From contig JAJRXH010000182.1 of the NCBI GenBank assembly GCA_024276395.1, positions 1 through 5,279 on the forward strand: 5,279 nt of DNA. The letters run 5' to 3'. The DNA comes from an archaeon (GTDB taxonomy: Archaea > Asgardarchaeota > Heimdallarchaeia > Hodarchaeales > S146-22). Below, piece by piece: positions 4,865 through 5,279 of the stretch. The notes under the pieces are model-generated. The model searched no databases, was not told where the DNA came from, and worked only from the letters and a program-made list of their open reading frames with translations. Position numbers and translations under genes: made by a program. Every line of letters begins with the position of its first letter. Position 1 is the stretch's first letter.

Positions 4865-5065
4865 TAATAACTTCTTTTACCTCTGAATGATCTTGTTCTT
4901 GATGTTCTTGACAGAAAAATTTCGGTAGATTTTTCAAATTAACATCAAATTCCTATCATTATCCACTTGAAGATGGAAGAAATAGCTATTTCACCACGAT
5001 GAACTAACTGTCAACCATCTTACAATCATTTCACTTTCTCTTCATTTCATTTCTCCTTAAAATCA

Positions 5066-5279
5066 TCAATCACCCAAGAACCTCAATAACTTGATGACCG
5101 CTTTCCTTGTATGATAATCAACATCCATTAAACCACAATATTCTACCACATCCACATAGCAGACATCTAAGGACACATCTTCAATCCAATCAAACAATTG
5201 TCTCCAATCCCTCTCGAAAGATCTTAGTACATCGGAAATGATTTTTTTTCTCCAGTGTTCGAAGTTTTCATTCTCACAT
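5066..5279 (-). CDS. Partial CDS (C-terminal 70 codons plus stop; N-terminus lies beyond window end), unknown function.
   Basis: Absent from the track because it has no start in the window. The minus-strand frame is open from 5278 down to the TGA at 5068-5066; I checked all phase-2 plus-strand triplets for stops. Translation: ..CENENFEHWRKKIISDVLRSFERDWRQLFDWIEDVSLDVCYVDVVEYCGLMDVDYHTRKAVIKLLRFLGD*. Seventy open codons in AT-rich DNA are unlikely by chance. I recognise no motif. Confidence 0.55.
   Translation of the reverse strand, partial: CENENFEHWRKKIISDVLRSFERDWRQLFDWIEDVSLDVCYVDVVEYCGLMDVDYHTRKAVIKLLRFLGD

Noticed and set aside
5027-5057. Repetitive TCATTTCA / CATTTC-like run.
   Set aside because: Low-complexity pyrimidine-rich 3' flank of the minus-strand partial CDS. 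The copies are imperfect and too short for a meaningful tandem repeat or CRISPR-like array.
4865-5065. Scan of both strands for C/D-box sRNA or tRNA in the AT-rich spacer (partial matches such as AATGATC, CGATGAA, CTGA).
   Set aside because: No properly spaced C (RUGAUGA) and D (CUGA) box pair with terminal stem, and no cloverleaf-capable GC-rich segment.
1-5279. Search for CRISPR repeats, terminal inverted repeats or transposase-like genes, and integrase or att-like sites.
   Set aside because: No regularly spaced direct repeats and no mobile-element genes. The only strong inverted repeat is the 5S processing stem.

Overview
AT-rich, archaeal-looking window with three parts. (1) Positions 1-4278, minus strand: four tightly packed co-directional genes for DNA-end-processing or repair enzymes. 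In transcription order they are a DHH/DHHA1 (RecJ/NrnA-like) phosphoesterase, a PdeM-like metallophosphoesterase, an SNM1/PSO2/Artemis-like beta-CASP metallo-beta-lactamase nuclease, and a helix-hairpin-helix protein that runs off the window start. (2) About 4555-4864, plus strand: a sharply GC-rich island (hand count 97/140 G+C over 4621-4760) in AT-rich DNA. The two ORFs the track places here are artefacts. The island is a 5S rRNA gene with its halves in swapped order: the 3' half (4629-4696) lies upstream of the 5' half (4701-4749), and the natural termini are fused by a 4-nt CUCG loop. The new ends sit in a bulge-helix-bulge-like motif. Its predicted cleavage sites (4628|4629 and 4749|4750), once ligated, regenerate the conserved GAACCCGGAA-GUUAAGCCC sequence exactly. 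A 10-bp perfect leader/trailer stem clamps the precursor, a BRE/TATA-like promoter lies upstream and an oligo-T hairpin downstream. This circularly permuted, probably circularised 5S rRNA is the main finding. (3) Positions 5066-5279, minus strand: the C-terminal 70 codons of an unidentified protein entering from beyond the window end. I saw no CRISPR array, tRNA or mobile element.
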